Below, piece after piece: positions 1 to 11,408 of a stretch of 64,000 nt of DNA. Below the pieces are notes generated by a model. It was not told the origin of the DNA. It worked only from the letters and a program-made list of their open reading frames with translations, and ran no database searches. Each line of letters starts with the position of its first letter. Position 1 is the stretch's first letter. Made by a program: the position numbers and the translations under genes. This DNA comes from Alphaproteobacteria bacterium (GTDB taxonomy: Bacteria > Pseudomonadota > Alphaproteobacteria > CACIAM-22H2), in assembly GCA_036381615.1 (NCBI GenBank), contig DASVCL010000066.1, positions 24,676-88,675 on the forward strand. Reading direction: 5' to 3'.

Positions 1-94
1 GAAAGGCCGCCTCCTGCGTTTGCAGCGAAACAAACAGCCGATCCAGTTCGGCGGTCCGATGAAGGGTCGGCACGATAAGCGAAAAGCGCATCAT
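1..94 (-). CDS. glycosyltransferase family 2, N-terminal fragment (gene runs off window start)
   Basis: Minus-strand ATG at 94 reads MMRFSLIVPTLHRTAELDRLFVSLQTQEAAF, a typical GT2 N-terminus; truncated by window edge. Confidence 0.5.
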   Translation of the reverse strand, partial: MMRFSLIVPTLHRTAELDRLFVSLQTQEAAF

Positions 95-652
95 GTCCAT
101 CCACCGTGCAGGCGCGAGCCGTCGCGTGTCTCGACTGGACGCCGCGACGAACGAGCGTTGTGGGGGTGCGGCTTACCTCCGTTCGGTGGCACAAGGCCGA
201 GCTGCTAGACCAAGCGGCCGAGGACGAGATCACGGACAGGCTGTCACGGCGCGCCGGCAGGACTCCCGGGTAGACGTGAGCGGTCCTCGATTCGTGGCGG
301 CCTTTCGCGACCTCTTCGGACACTACGATTCAGCAACACCTCTGCCCGGTTAAGCGTTCTTTCGTACGAAGGGCTGTCCTTCTTTCGCTCCAGGTGGGTG
401 CGGCCGCATGGCTGCCGATGCCCGTCGTTTCATGGTGAATTACCTCGCCGGCGATGCTGCCGGCGTAGGCAACCCCTGAGGTGCCGCGGCACCATCCGCA
501 TGAGTCCGCCGTCAGCGTCGAGACGAGCGGCAATGTACGGCACCGGGCGCATGTCGCCATCTCGGGTGGCGCCGGGTTGCATCTTCTTTGCTCGAGGCGA
601 GCGGCGACGTCCTTGCGCACCACGAGACTGAGAGAGGCAATCGGAGGATGGG

Positions 653-2050
653 ATGATTGACCTAGGCCGGCGAAAGCTGCTGCGGCGGATCGCACGCGCT
701 CCCGTCGGTTGTTTATGGACGTATTCGGCGGTGCTGGGTGCGGCTGCGGGATTTGCACGTGAGGCGCCAGTCTTCAACGTTCTGGACTATGGCGCGCGCG
801 GCGATGGGGCGGCGGACTGTACGCGCGCCATTCAGTCGGCGATAGATGCCGCAGGTAAGGCCGGCGGGGGCACGGTCGTGATTCCGCCTGGCACATATGT
901 TTACACGGACGTGCTCCTGGTCCCCAGCCACGTGACCGTGATCGGGACAGAAGGAGCCGTCCTGCACGCAAAGGCCGAGCGTCAGGCGGTAACCCTCAAA
1001 GGGGAGAACATCGTGCTGCGCCACCTGCATCTTCGGTCGGAGGGCACGCGCCGGCGCGCGGCCAACGTCTACCATGCGATCGCGGGAGAAAGCGCAATCA
1101 ATGTCCAGATCGAGCACTGCAGGATCGAAGGCGCGAGCGCGGCGGGGATTTACATGAAGGGTTGCCGCAACTTTCGGATACGACACAACGTCGTCGTCCG
1201 GACGCTCGCCGACACGATTCACATAACGGGGGGCAGCGCCCACGGGGTCGTCTCGGGCAATCGGTGCCTGCGCGGCGGCGACGATGGAGTCGGCGTCGTC
1301 AGCTATGCGCCACAGCGCGCCAGATGCCACGACATTCTTATTGATGACAACGTGATCGTCGGAGGGGATGCGCGCGGCGTTGCGGTCCTCGGCGGAGAGC
1401 GGATCTACATTCTGCGTAACCGCATCCAGGAGACGAAATGGGCCGGCATCTACATCGCCTCCGAGGACAGTTTCGACACCTTTGCGTCAGGCGAGATATG
1501 GGTGGAAGACAACGATCTCGCCGCCGTCAACCGGCGGTCGGACGAAGGTACGCACGCATGCATAACGATTCTCGGGCGACCGGGGAGCTCGCTTGCCGAG
1601 TCTGGTGAGATCGAGAACAAAAACCGCAAGATTCATCTGATCGCAAACAGGATCAGGGGCGACGGCCGGGGCGGAATAAGGATCGACCCGTTCAACATCG
1701 ACGTGACCGTCGCATCGAACGAGGTGCTCGAAACACTCGGCTGGGGCATTTCGACATCCGCCTTCGGTGCAAGGGTCGTCGGGAACCGCATCGCGGGGGC
1801 CGCCGATGGCGGCATCATCGTGCCGCTCGGCTGCTTCGGCGGGGAGACCGATCTTGTCGCGAACGCAATTGACCTCACGGGCGGTGGCAGGCGGCTGGCG
1901 ATTGTCGTCGACGCGCCGCGGCTGTCGCGCTTGGCCATATCCGGCAATCGGATCCGTTACGATCGGCGACCGGCGGAAGAGATCCGTGTCACAAGGCTCC
2001 CGCACGTGAGTCGAAGTTACAATACGGTGAACGGTGTGGCGATCGATTAA
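653..2050 (+). CDS. right-handed beta-helix / pectate-lyase-superfamily protein (GH28-like polysaccharide-active enzyme) with Tat-like signal
   Basis: GGAGGA SD before ATG 653; N-terminus GRRKLLRR plus hydrophobic stretch; FNVLDYGARGDGAADCTRAIQSAIDAAGKAGGGTVVIPPGTY motif; repeated beta-helix turns. Confidence 0.8.
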   Translation: MIDLGRRKLLRRIARAPVGCLWTYSAVLGAAAGFAREAPVFNVLDYGARGDGAADCTRAIQSAIDAAGKAGGGTVVIPPGTYVYTDVLLVPSHVTVIGTEGAVLHAKAERQAVTLKGENIVLRHLHLRSEGTRRRAANVYHAIAGESAINVQIEHCRIEGASAAGIYMKGCRNFRIRHNVVVRTLADTIHITGGSAHGVVSGNRCLRGGDDGVGVVSYAPQRARCHDILIDDNVIVGGDARGVAVLGGERIYILRNRIQETKWAGIYIASEDSFDTFASGEIWVEDNDLAAVNRRSDEGTHACITILGRPGSSLAESGEIENKNRKIHLIANRIRGDGRGGIRIDPFNIDVTVASNEVLETLGWGISTSAFGARVVGNRIAGAADGGIIVPLGCFGGETDLVANAIDLTGGGRRLAIVVDAPRLSRLAISGNRIRYDRRPAEEIRVTRLPHVSRSYNTVNGVAID

Positions 2051-3414
2051 CGCTGCAGGATCGGGTGGTTGGGATGTGCGACACGGATGCGGACCCGGTG
2101 CGCCGTGCGTTGAAGGCGCCGACCCGCCGCATAACGGAGAATGAAGTAGACGAGCGGCACCATCGCAAAGACTGGGAAGTATCTTGTGGCGCCCCAATAG
2201 AAGATGCGGAGCAGCTCATAGACGCCGATGATCCAGGTCGGATAAAGCAGCATGGGCAGAAGCTTGCCGTTGGTGAAGCCGCGACATAGACGCCCGGTCA
2301 CGAGGCCGAGAAGAACCCAAACGGCGACGCCCGCGACAGGTCCCAGGTCGTTCATCGGCGCAAAGAGCCCGCTGTTGTTGTTGAACTCCGGATTTTGGAG
2401 CGTGGCACCGGCGATCAAGTCGCGGCGTGGGGCCGGCGGATCGAGGCCGATGGCCGAAAGGAACGGCAAGTGGACGAACCACTCGGCGGTATGATGCGGG
2501 ACGAAGGGGGGGCTGTAGGACAGGAAGAGCAGGGCGCCATTGTTCAGGGCGGTTGCATAGTATCCCAGGAGCCGGCTCAGGATGAAGTCAGTGTAGGAAA
2601 CGCCGGTGCCGCTGTAATACGTCCAGGATCGGAAATACTCCGTGACGCCGAAGTAGAACGTGAGCACCAGGATGCCAATGAAGGGGAGCAGCGCCAGCAG
2701 GACGCGATGTCGCGGCATCCGGGCGAAACGGATGATGGCGATCGGAACGACCACTTCCAGGAACGCGAGCCGTTCGGACCAGAGGAGCACCCGCACGAGT
2801 ACAAGAAACAGGAAGCCCGCGAGCGCGATCTTGTCGAGACGCGAGAGAGGTGACCCCGTCAGCTGCGGCTGAAGGAACAGCAGCGTCACGTAGAGCGGAC
2901 CGAGATTCACGAAGGATGTGATCCCGGGCATACGTATAAGCGTCTCGCGCATTGTCGATGCGTAGGACGACTGTCCGATCAGGTTCAGGACCGCAGCCGG
3001 ATTTCGAACGACTGGGGCGAGAAACAGGGCATATGCCGCCAGGCAGATGCCCAGGATGAGATAGGTCAATCCGCGATAGATCGTCCGGTCGATCACCCAA
3101 CCCGCGCCCGCCTCGCTGGAAGGCTGTCCCCGGGCGCCGGTGCCGCTAGCGATCCAGGCTGCGAGCGCGAAGCCGCCGAGGCCGGCACTCCCGACCTCGA
3201 AGGCGCTCGACGATATGAAGTTCCGCGAGTGGCGCCATAGCACGAACATCTCGTCCGGCAGCAGGGCGCACGCGACGAACAGAGGAACCAGGAGGAAGAA
3301 GGTAAGAGTATGGGGACGTGCCCACCAATGGAGGGCCGGCGGCCGTCGGCCGGCGCGAGCGGCGACCCGGCGCGCGGTGCGGGTACGGATGACGATCGCG
3401 TTCGCCTGATGCAT
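2047..3414 (-). CDS. polytopic membrane protein, O-antigen polymerase/ligase (Wzy/WaaL)-like
   Basis: 455-aa ORF with about 10 or more hydrophobic segments, located in a glycosyltransferase cluster; no catalytic motif verified. Confidence 0.6.
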   Translation of the reverse strand: MHQANAIVIRTRTARRVAARAGRRPPALHWWARPHTLTFFLLVPLFVACALLPDEMFVLWRHSRNFISSSAFEVGSAGLGGFALAAWIASGTGARGQPSSEAGAGWVIDRTIYRGLTYLILGICLAAYALFLAPVVRNPAAVLNLIGQSSYASTMRETLIRMPGITSFVNLGPLYVTLLFLQPQLTGSPLSRLDKIALAGFLFLVLVRVLLWSERLAFLEVVVPIAIIRFARMPRHRVLLALLPFIGILVLTFYFGVTEYFRSWTYYSGTGVSYTDFILSRLLGYYATALNNGALLFLSYSPPFVPHHTAEWFVHLPFLSAIGLDPPAPRRDLIAGATLQNPEFNNNSGLFAPMNDLGPVAGVAVWVLLGLVTGRLCRGFTNGKLLPMLLYPTWIIGVYELLRIFYWGATRYFPVFAMVPLVYFILRYAAGRRLQRTAHRVRIRVAHPNHPILQR

Positions 3415-3429
3415 GGGCGAGTCCTTGGT

Positions 3430-4821
3430 TCAGGATTGTGACGTGGCGCACCGGCGAAGGGCTTCTTGTGCGGCGGCGTGGACCTGGGCAACCGACAGGC
3501 CGGTCAGACATCCGCGTGTGGCGCAACCCTTGCTGTTGAAACAAGGGTGGCACGGCAGCGCGTTCGTGGCGACGACCGCGTTCGCGCCGAACGGCTTCCA
3601 GTGCGATGGGTCCGCCATGCCACCGCAGATCGAGACCGTCGGTCGCAGGAAGGCGGCGGCGACATGACCGATCGACGTCTCGACGCTGTAAACGAGCTCG
3701 GCTTTATGGATGAGCGCCGCCAGTCCGCCCCAGCTCAATCTGTCGCAGGCATTGATGCAGCCCGGAACCGCCGCGGCGATCGCGCGGGCGATGTCGGCGT
3801 CGCGCACGCCGCGGCCGGTCAGAACGGGTGTGATCCCCTCCTTAAGGAGCTCCTGCGCCAGCATCTTCCAACAATCGATCGGCCAATCCCGGGCCGGTGT
3901 GCTGGCGGCAGGATGCAGAACGCGAAAGCGCCTCACGTCGCCAAGCACGGCGGTCGCCTCTGCGGCAGCGCTCTCCGGTACCGGCGGCAGATTGGGCCAG
4001 GCGTGAGCGAGAGCCTGCGCCGGAACCGGCAGCGACCTGAGAAGATCGAGGTAGTGCTCGATCTCGTGCCGCCTGTCGTAACGGTACGAAAGGCGATGCG
4101 TCAGAAACGAACCGAACCCGACGCGATCGTAGCCGACCCGGAGGGGAATCCGGGCCGCCCGGAGGAGAGAAATGAAATTCGGGAACCAGGCACGAAGATC
4201 GATGGCCAGGTCGTAACGGCAGTCGCGCAACTCATCGATGACGCGTCGGCGCTCGCGATAGTACCGGATTGCCTTGCGATACGGCGCCGCTGCCGCTCGG
4301 GACAAGTACCAGTGGTCCACATAGTGGATCCACCTCACGAAGGGATGACCGTCCAGAACCGGGCGCGAATACGATCCGGCCAGAAATCCGATCTCCACCC
4401 CCGGAAAAGCGTGCCTCAATACCGGAAATACGGCTGTCGACATGACGACATCGCCGAGATGTCCCGCGTTGGCGATCAATATGCGCGGCCGATCTTTGGC
4501 AAGTCGAACGGCCCCGTTTCGTTCGACGCCCGCAATGCGTCCGGCCAGCGTATCCAGAAGCCGAAACGCGGCATCCTGCACGCGATAACGGCGCTTCAGC
4601 CGTTCGATCACCTCCTGCTCTTCGGTCATCTCGCTCCCCCGGGTGACGGCGTCGCCTGACGCACAAGAAGGTTGCAGGAGTTCATGGAGCAGGCGCCGCA
4701 TGAGGCCCCGTGGCGGCAGGTTAGCGGCAAGGGTCGACAAGTGCCGGCCTCGAATTTGCGAGTCCGGGAAAGTCTCTCTTACCTCGGGTGGTTCGGCTCG
4801 CTCGACGTCATAGACGGACAT
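3430..4821 (-). CDS. glycosyltransferase family 9 (heptosyltransferase-like)
   Basis: PRILIANAGHLGDVVMSTAVFPVLRHAFPGVEIGFLAG and C-terminal GT-B half typical of GT9; start codon uncertain. Confidence 0.75.
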   Translation of the reverse strand: MSVYDVERAEPPEVRETFPDSQIRGRHLSTLAANLPPRGLMRRLLHELLQPSCASGDAVTRGSEMTEEQEVIERLKRRYRVQDAAFRLLDTLAGRIAGVERNGAVRLAKDRPRILIANAGHLGDVVMSTAVFPVLRHAFPGVEIGFLAGSYSRPVLDGHPFVRWIHYVDHWYLSRAAAAPYRKAIRYYRERRRVIDELRDCRYDLAIDLRAWFPNFISLLRAARIPLRVGYDRVGFGSFLTHRLSYRYDRRHEIEHYLDLLRSLPVPAQALAHAWPNLPPVPESAAAEATAVLGDVRRFRVLHPAASTPARDWPIDCWKMLAQELLKEGITPVLTGRGVRDADIARAIAAAVPGCINACDRLSWGGLAALIHKAELVYSVETSIGHVAAAFLRPTVSICGGMADPSHWKPFGANAVVATNALPCHPCFNSKGCATRGCLTGLSVAQVHAAAQEALRRCATSQS

Positions 4822-5028
4822 AGCTCAAAAGAAGGTGTCATGTCTTAGCCAAGCTGTCCTTTCGTAAGCGATGGATGCGGTCGGTATGCCGGATGCGATC
4901 TTCACTTCGGACGTATTCGGAAATAAGCGGAGAAAGGACGACCCCGGACGACGGCATTTGTTCCGCCCGCCTGGACCGCGGCGCACGCGTGGCTTCGGGC
5001 GGGGCGGGTGAAGAATCAGGGAGCAAGG

Positions 5029-6171
5029 ATGCGCGTCGCGATCGTGCATTACTGGATGGTCTCGTACCGGGGAGGCGAGCGGGTCGTCGAAGAACTCTGC
5101 ACGTTGTTCCCGCAGGCGCACATCTATACGCATGTGGTAGATCCCGCCGTCCTCTCTCCCGAGCTTTCCAGGCACGAAGTTCGAACGACGTTCATCAACC
5201 GGCTCCCGTTCGCGCGCAAACTTTACCGGCATTACGTTCCCTTGATGCCGCGCGCACTCGAAGAGCTTGACCTTCGAAACTACGACCTCGTGATCAGCAG
5301 CGAATCCGGCCCGGCAAAAGGTGTGATTACCGGAACGCGAACGCTGCACATCTGCTATTGCCATTCACCGATGCGATATCTCTGGGGCATGTATCACGAG
5401 TACCGGGCGAACGCCTCGTGGTTGACGCGCACGGCGATGTCGCCGTTGTTTCATCGCATGCGTCTGTGGGACCTAGCGTCGGCGGCGCGCGTCGATCACT
5501 TCGTGGCGAACTCGACCGAGGTCAGGCGGCGGATCAGGAAAACCTATCGAAGGGACGCGGATGTGATCCATCCGCCCGTTCCGACCGACGATTTCGTGCC
5601 GGTCACGGAGCTTGGGGATTTCTATCTTTATTGCGGGCAGCTCGTTCCCTACAAGCGCGCGGATCTCGCCGTCGAGGCGTTCAATCGAATGCGGAAGCCG
5701 CTCGTCGTCATCGGCGGCGGCGACGATCTGGCGAAGATCCGCAAGATGGCCGGCCCGACCGTGACCGTGCTCGGCGCGCAGCCTTTCCCGGTGTTGCGGC
5801 ATCATTATTCGCGCTGCCGCGCGCTTATTTTTCCCGGAGAGGAGGATTTCGGGATCGTACCGGTCGAAGCGATGGCTTCGGGGCGTCCGGTGATCGCCTA
5901 CGGGGCGGGCGGGGTGCTCGATACCGTGATCGATGGAACGACCGGTATCCTGTTTCCGGATCAGACCGCCGACGCGATCATTCGCGCCGTCCAGGCGTTC
6001 GAGGCGGCTCAGGATCGCTTCCGACCGGAGGTTCTCGTCGCGCACGCCAAGCGCTTTGACCGCGAACGGTTCCGAGACAGCATGCGTCGCCTTGTCGAGC
6101 AGAAGCTCGCGGCCGCCGACTTCGCGCGCCCCGGGACTGATGCCGCAACAGGGGCAGCGACCGGCTCATGA
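5029..6171 (+). CDS. glycosyltransferase family 4
   Basis: MRVAIVHYWMVSYRGGERVVEELCTLFP N-terminus, C-terminal EEDFGIVPVEAMASGRPVIA (E-x7-E) motif; GGGAGCAAGG SD. Confidence 0.85.
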   Translation: MRVAIVHYWMVSYRGGERVVEELCTLFPQAHIYTHVVDPAVLSPELSRHEVRTTFINRLPFARKLYRHYVPLMPRALEELDLRNYDLVISSESGPAKGVITGTRTLHICYCHSPMRYLWGMYHEYRANASWLTRTAMSPLFHRMRLWDLASAARVDHFVANSTEVRRRIRKTYRRDADVIHPPVPTDDFVPVTELGDFYLYCGQLVPYKRADLAVEAFNRMRKPLVVIGGGDDLAKIRKMAGPTVTVLGAQPFPVLRHHYSRCRALIFPGEEDFGIVPVEAMASGRPVIAYGAGGVLDTVIDGTTGILFPDQTADAIIRAVQAFEAAQDRFRPEVLVAHAKRFDRERFRDSMRRLVEQKLAAADFARPGTDAATGAATGS

Positions 6172-6562
6172 AGAGTTCTTTCCTGTCCCATGTGACGGGG
6201 CCGACGCAGAACGCCGGTTTGATCCGACCTGATGACGGCGGACCGCCAGCTCCCGCGGCGAGGCCCATACGACGGCACAGGCTTATGGAGGCATCCCGCG
6301 AAGGCGCTCCGCCGACGGAAGTCGCGCCAAACGAGCGGCGCGGCGGGATGCAAGAACGGGGTAATCGCTCGCCCTTTGAGACACTATGAGTGGGCGATTA
6401 TTTGTTTATGTTTGCGTGAGCGGCTTTCTCTGCTGCCAACTGGTTGGCGAGCTAAATACGTCACGCCATCTCCGCGATATTTTTTGACGGAAGCTTTGAC
6501 GCTCGGATCGGCTGGAAATGCCGCCGGCGTGATGGCCTGATCAAGTCAATGGGGAGGTGTCT

Positions 6563-8980
6563 GTGTCAGGCGCGAGCGACGGAGCGATCACGAGGTCGGC
6601 ACGACGCAGTTACGAACCGGAAGTGCTCGAAGCCGTGCTCGTTCGACAAGACGCGGACGATGATGCCGCGCACGACCCCGGTTTTCACCTTGCCGAGCTG
6701 CTGCGTCGGCTCCGGCGCCGGCTTTCGCTCATTGTGGCGTGCACATTGGTCATTACCGCCGTCGGCGTGGCGGCGACGCTCTCGTTTACGCCGCGCTATC
6801 GCGCCGAGGTCGTGCTCCTCGTCGACCCGCGTCATGAGCGGGTCAGCAATATTCAGGAAGTGGTGTCGACCTTGCCTCCGCAGGAAGCCGCGCTGCGGAG
6901 TGAAATCGACGTGCTGCGGTCGAGGACTCTCGTCGAGGAGATCGTACGGAAGGCGGGCCTCGTAACGATCCCCGAGTTCAATCCGGAACTCGAGAAGGAA
7001 GTGGGACTTCCCTGGAAACTGCTGTTCTGGCTCGAGCCCGAACGGCAGGCCGAGCTGGAGCAGAAAACGACCGATCTCGTTTCCTCCGTTCGCAACCTGA
7101 TCTTTCCGATGGCGGATGAGGACACGGAGACCGTGACAGACCCGGTCGTCGTCGCAGCCGAAAAGTACAGCGACAATCTGGAGGTCTGGACGGATGGTCG
7201 GTCGTTTACCATCAGACTTTCCGTCGACTCACGCGATGCGGCGCTCGCGGCAAGGCTCGCGAACATGCATGCGGAACTGTATGTCGCGGATCAATTCGAG
7301 AGGAAGGTACAGGCGACCGAACGTGCGAACCGTTGGCTTTCGGAACACGTCCAGAGACTGAAGGGAGATGTTCAGAAGGCCGAAGCGGCCGTGCAACAGT
7401 ACCGGGCGGAAAATCAGCTCATTGCCAGCGGGATTGCAGGCAACTCGGACGTGACCGTGTTGAAGCAGCAGCTTGCGGAGCTGAACACGCATCTGTCCGA
7501 TGCGCGCGCCGACAGTGCGCATGCGGCGGCACGACTTCAGGAGGTCCGCAATCTGATCCGGACCGGCGGCGACCTGAACAGCGTCCCCGAGGTGCTGCAG
7601 TCGCCCACGATACAGGCGCTTCAAGAGCAGGAGACCCATCTCCGGCGGCTCGAGGCCGAAGCGACCGCACGCTATCGGGGCGACAATAATCCCATCATCA
7701 TCGGTGCACGCGCCCAGCTGCGCGACGTGCGAGCCAAGATCGACGATGAAGTCCGGAAGATAGCGGCCTCGTTGCAGAAGGGGTTAGAGATTGCGAAGGC
7801 AAGGGAGCGGAACCTCGAGCAGTCAGTCGCTGCAGCCATTCAGCGGGCCGCGTCCGCCGACATGGCCCAGGTGAAACTGGGCGACCTCCAACGGGAAGCC
7901 GAGGCGACACGGACGCTTTATCAGACATTTCTCAATCGCCTCAAGGAGACGTCGGTCGGTCCGACATCGAACATGGCGGAGGCGCGGGTCATTTCCTTTG
8001 CGACGATCCCAAGATCACCGGCGTTTCCCATGTATAAGCCGTTCTTCGCGGCGAGCTTCGCCCTCGCTGCGGCGATCGGCACCGGCCTTGCCCTTCTTCT
8101 CGAGGCGCTGCAGGACCGGTTGCGGAGTCCGACGGAATTCAGGAAATTTTTCGGGGTGCCCGGACTCGGGTTGGTGCCGCGCGTCCGGCGCCGGCTGGGC
8201 CGCTGGACGCCAATTGCGGACCGGATTTTTGACCCGAACGGGTACATGTCCCGGGACGCCGTGAGGACTGTGCTGGAGGCGCTGACGGCCGCGGCGGGGT
8301 GGAAGCGACCATTTTCCATCGTCGTCACCTCGGCCGGCCCGCACGAAGGCAAAACGACGCTCGCGATATGGCTGGCTCGCATATCCGCAATGGCCGGATA
8401 CAAGGTTCTGCTTGTTGACGCGGATTGCCGCAAGCCGATGGTCGAAAAATATCTCGGGGCCGGGCGAAGCGTCGGACAGGCGGAATCCGCGGAACCGGCA
8501 GTCGACGGAAGGGATGAACGCGAGCGCGCGGTGCACGTGGACCCGGTCACGGGCATGCACTACATGACATGTCGCGCGACGGCGGTGCCCAGTGCGAGTT
8601 CTCTGCAGCAGATCGAGGCACTTCTGGCCGAGGCGACGGCTACGTACGATCTCGTGCTCTTCGACACCGCCCCGCCCGTTGCGGCGCCGGAAATTCTCCC
8701 GATCTTCCGCATGGTGGATGGCGTGGCGCTCGCCGTCCGGTGGGGATGCACGCCCCGCAAGCAGGTGGGTTCCACCATCGACATGCTGCGAACGCTCGGT
8801 GCCAATGTCCTCGGCGCAGTGGTCACATGCGCCGATGTGCGAAAGCACCGCAAGTATGGCTTCGGCGATAGCGGCGATGTGTATTATCGGTGCCGGCGCT
8901 ACTACGGTCAGCAGGTCCTGGCCCTGCCGCGCCCGGCAAGAGTGGCAGCAGGGCCTGACCCGCAGGGCCCCGGCTCGTAG
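6563..8980 (+). CDS. polysaccharide co-polymerase / BY-type tyrosine autokinase (Wzc/ExoP/GumC family)
   Basis: N-terminal Wzz-like TM plus long coiled-coil periplasmic region; Walker A SAGPHEGKTT, A-prime VLLVDADCRKP, B YDLVLFDTAP; C-terminal Tyr cluster KYGFGDSGDVYYRCRRYYG; GGGGAGG SD before GTG 6563 (GTG 6557 also possible). Confidence 0.85.
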   Translation: MSGASDGAITRSARRSYEPEVLEAVLVRQDADDDAAHDPGFHLAELLRRLRRRLSLIVACTLVITAVGVAATLSFTPRYRAEVVLLVDPRHERVSNIQEVVSTLPPQEAALRSEIDVLRSRTLVEEIVRKAGLVTIPEFNPELEKEVGLPWKLLFWLEPERQAELEQKTTDLVSSVRNLIFPMADEDTETVTDPVVVAAEKYSDNLEVWTDGRSFTIRLSVDSRDAALAARLANMHAELYVADQFERKVQATERANRWLSEHVQRLKGDVQKAEAAVQQYRAENQLIASGIAGNSDVTVLKQQLAELNTHLSDARADSAHAAARLQEVRNLIRTGGDLNSVPEVLQSPTIQALQEQETHLRRLEAEATARYRGDNNPIIIGARAQLRDVRAKIDDEVRKIAASLQKGLEIAKARERNLEQSVAAAIQRAASADMAQVKLGDLQREAEATRTLYQTFLNRLKETSVGPTSNMAEARVISFATIPRSPAFPMYKPFFAASFALAAAIGTGLALLLEALQDRLRSPTEFRKFFGVPGLGLVPRVRRRLGRWTPIADRIFDPNGYMSRDAVRTVLEALTAAAGWKRPFSIVVTSAGPHEGKTTLAIWLARISAMAGYKVLLVDADCRKPMVEKYLGAGRSVGQAESAEPAVDGRDERERAVHVDPVTGMHYMTCRATAVPSASSLQQIEALLAEATATYDLVLFDTAPPVAAPEILPIFRMVDGVALAVRWGCTPRKQVGSTIDMLRTLGANVLGAVVTCADVRKHRKYGFGDSGDVYYRCRRYYGQQVLALPRPARVAAGPDPQGPGS

Positions 8981-9572
8981 CCATGCAGGACAGGCGACGC
9001 ATCTCAACGGCGCTCGGCTCGATCGTCACCGTCCCAAGGGGCATGGCGTAGTCTCGGTCTAAGCTTGGCAATTCTCACCGGGGCCGCGCCGAATGCAGGC
9101 TGCCCGCCGTGCAGAGTGGGACCGACCCATCGCCGGCCCCCGAAACATCCCGCGGCTGGTCCTTTTGTGCCGGGCATCCGTGACTTGTCACGGCGTCCAT
9201 AATTTGTCATTGCCCCGGTCGCCGCCGCGACGCGTTTGGAATGTCCGGTATGAGCGATTGTCATGTGCGAGCGGCCGCGCGGTCGATATCCGGCGCGATA
9301 CACGACGCGAGGGAGGCGGATATATGGCTTCGCTCGCCGTTTGTGTACCCCCCTTCCGCTTATTCCTTCATGGCGGAACCATACGCGGCCGCTAACGTCC
9401 ACGACGTGACAAGTCCGCGCAGCCATTATCTGACCCGGCCGTAGGAGGTTGGGCCGCCAGCTTGGAATAATCCGAGAGTCCTCATCGTTGGACGGTTCGT
9501 GTCACCGGGAAGGTGACCGCGCACGGTACGTGCGCCACACAGTCGTGCTGATAGCGAGTTGCATAACTTCGA

Positions 9573-11408
9573 ATGCGGTCAGTCGAAATTCCACGTCATC
9601 CGCTTTCATTCCTGGCGCGCTACGTCTGGCGGTATCGCTGGTCGCACGGCATGATCCTGGTCGCCGTGCTGGCCGCGGTCGCCGCGTCCGTCGGCGCACG
9701 ATACTCCCTGAAATTCCTCGTCGATGCGGTCGCCGGCGGCCCGGCGCAGATTCAAGCCGTCTGGGGGGCGCTTGCCCTCGTCGTCGGGTTGATCTGCGGC
9801 GACTACCTGTGCTGGCGGATCGCCGGCTGGATCGGCGCACGCACGTTTCCGGCGGTCGGCGCCGACCTGCGCCTCGATCTGTTCCGGCACCTGCTTGGCC
9901 ACTCCGTGCGGTTCTTCAGCGAGCGGTTTGCCGGCGCGCTTGCAAACCGTGTGAATACGGCCGCGACCGCCGTATTTACGATCGAGAACGGGTTGACCTG
10001 GAACGCCATCCCGCCCGCGGCGGCGATCGTTGCGTCGATCGCCAGTCTCGCCATCATCCAGCCGGTGATGGCGCTCGTGCTTGCCGGCGCGGCCGCGGTG
10101 ATCGCCGCCGTCATGGCCGTGGGGGCGGTGCGGGGGCAGCCGCTGCATGCCGCCTATGCGCGTCGCGCCGCCGAGACCGGCGGTGAGATCGTCGACGTCG
10201 TGGGCAATCATAGTACGGTGCGTGCATTTGCCGCAGCCGCGCGGGAGTGCGCCAGGCTGAAGAACCGACTTGGCATTGAGCTGGCGGCGCATCGCCGCGC
10301 GCTGTCCTATATCGAATACCTCCGCACCGGTCATGCGCTGTGCGTCGTTGCGCTCACCGGCGGCATGTTCTTCTGGGGCGTGCTGCTGTGGGAGCGTGGT
10401 GCGATCAGCGCCGGCGAGGTGGTCGTGATCGGGTCGTTCAGCGTCGCGCTTCTGGACGCCTCGCGTGACCTCGTGGTCGCCTTCGTCGAGTTGACGCACC
10501 ACTGGAGCCGGCTCGGTGACGCTCTGGACGAACTGACCACGCCGCATGATCTTCCCGACCGGCCCAATTCGAAGCCACTCGTCCGTTGCAGCGGCGAGAT
10601 CGCCTTCAAGGACGTCACCTTCGCGTACCCGGATGGCCGCAGGATCCTTGAGAACATCGCACTGCACATTCCGAGCGGCCAGAAGGTGGCGATCGTCGGG
10701 CCATCCGGTGCCGGCAAGAGTACGCTGCTCGCGCTCCTTCAGCGGCTGTATCCTGTCGAAACCGGCCGGATCTCCGTCGACGGACAGGATATCGCGTCGA
10801 TGACGCAGGACAGCCTGCGCCGCGCCATCGCGCTCGTGCCGCAGGACGTGGTGCTGTTCCATCGTTCCGTGATGGAGAACATCCGCTACGGACGGCCGGA
10901 CGCCTCGGATGACGAGGTGATCGAAGCGGCCAAGGCGGCGCATTGCCACGAGTTCGTCGAGGCACTTCCGGAAGGTTATGAGACGATCGTGGGCGAGCGC
11001 GGGGTCCGCCTGTCCGGCGGGCAGCGCCAGCGGATCGGTATCGCGCGGGCGATCCTTGCCGACGCGCCCATCGTGCTGCTCGACGAAGCGACCTCCGCCC
11101 TCGATACCGAGGCGGAGCGCGCGGTGCAGGAAGCAGTCGCCCAGCTCATGCGCGGGCGAACGGTTCTGGCCATCGCTCACCGTCTCTCGACCATTGCCGG
11201 ATTTGACCGCGTGATCGTGATGCGGGAGGGGCGCATCGTCGAGGACGGCGCTCCCATCGAGCTCGCGCGCCGTAACGGGCCCTTCGGCCGCCTCTGGCGG
11301 ATGCAGATGCACGCCCCGGTGCCGGGTCACCGCCGCGTACGCCGCATGTCGGGTATCGCGTCGCACGATGACAGTTACCGGTCGGTTGCCGCAGATGCCG
11401 GAGACTGA
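9573..11408 (+). CDS. ABC transporter, fused permease/ATP-binding exporter (MsbA-like type I exporter)
   Basis: Six-TM N-domain; Walker A GPSGAGKST, signature LSGGQRQR, Walker B IVLLDEATSALD. Confidence 0.9.
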   Translation: MRSVEIPRHPLSFLARYVWRYRWSHGMILVAVLAAVAASVGARYSLKFLVDAVAGGPAQIQAVWGALALVVGLICGDYLCWRIAGWIGARTFPAVGADLRLDLFRHLLGHSVRFFSERFAGALANRVNTAATAVFTIENGLTWNAIPPAAAIVASIASLAIIQPVMALVLAGAAAVIAAVMAVGAVRGQPLHAAYARRAAETGGEIVDVVGNHSTVRAFAAAARECARLKNRLGIELAAHRRALSYIEYLRTGHALCVVALTGGMFFWGVLLWERGAISAGEVVVIGSFSVALLDASRDLVVAFVELTHHWSRLGDALDELTTPHDLPDRPNSKPLVRCSGEIAFKDVTFAYPDGRRILENIALHIPSGQKVAIVGPSGAGKSTLLALLQRLYPVETGRISVDGQDIASMTQDSLRRAIALVPQDVVLFHRSVMENIRYGRPDASDDEVIEAAKAAHCHEFVEALPEGYETIVGERGVRLSGGQRQRIGIARAILADAPIVLLDEATSALDTEAERAVQEAVAQLMRGRTVLAIAHRLSTIAGFDRVIVMREGRIVEDGAPIELARRNGPFGRLWRMQMHAPVPGHRRVRRMSGIASHDDSYRSVAADAGD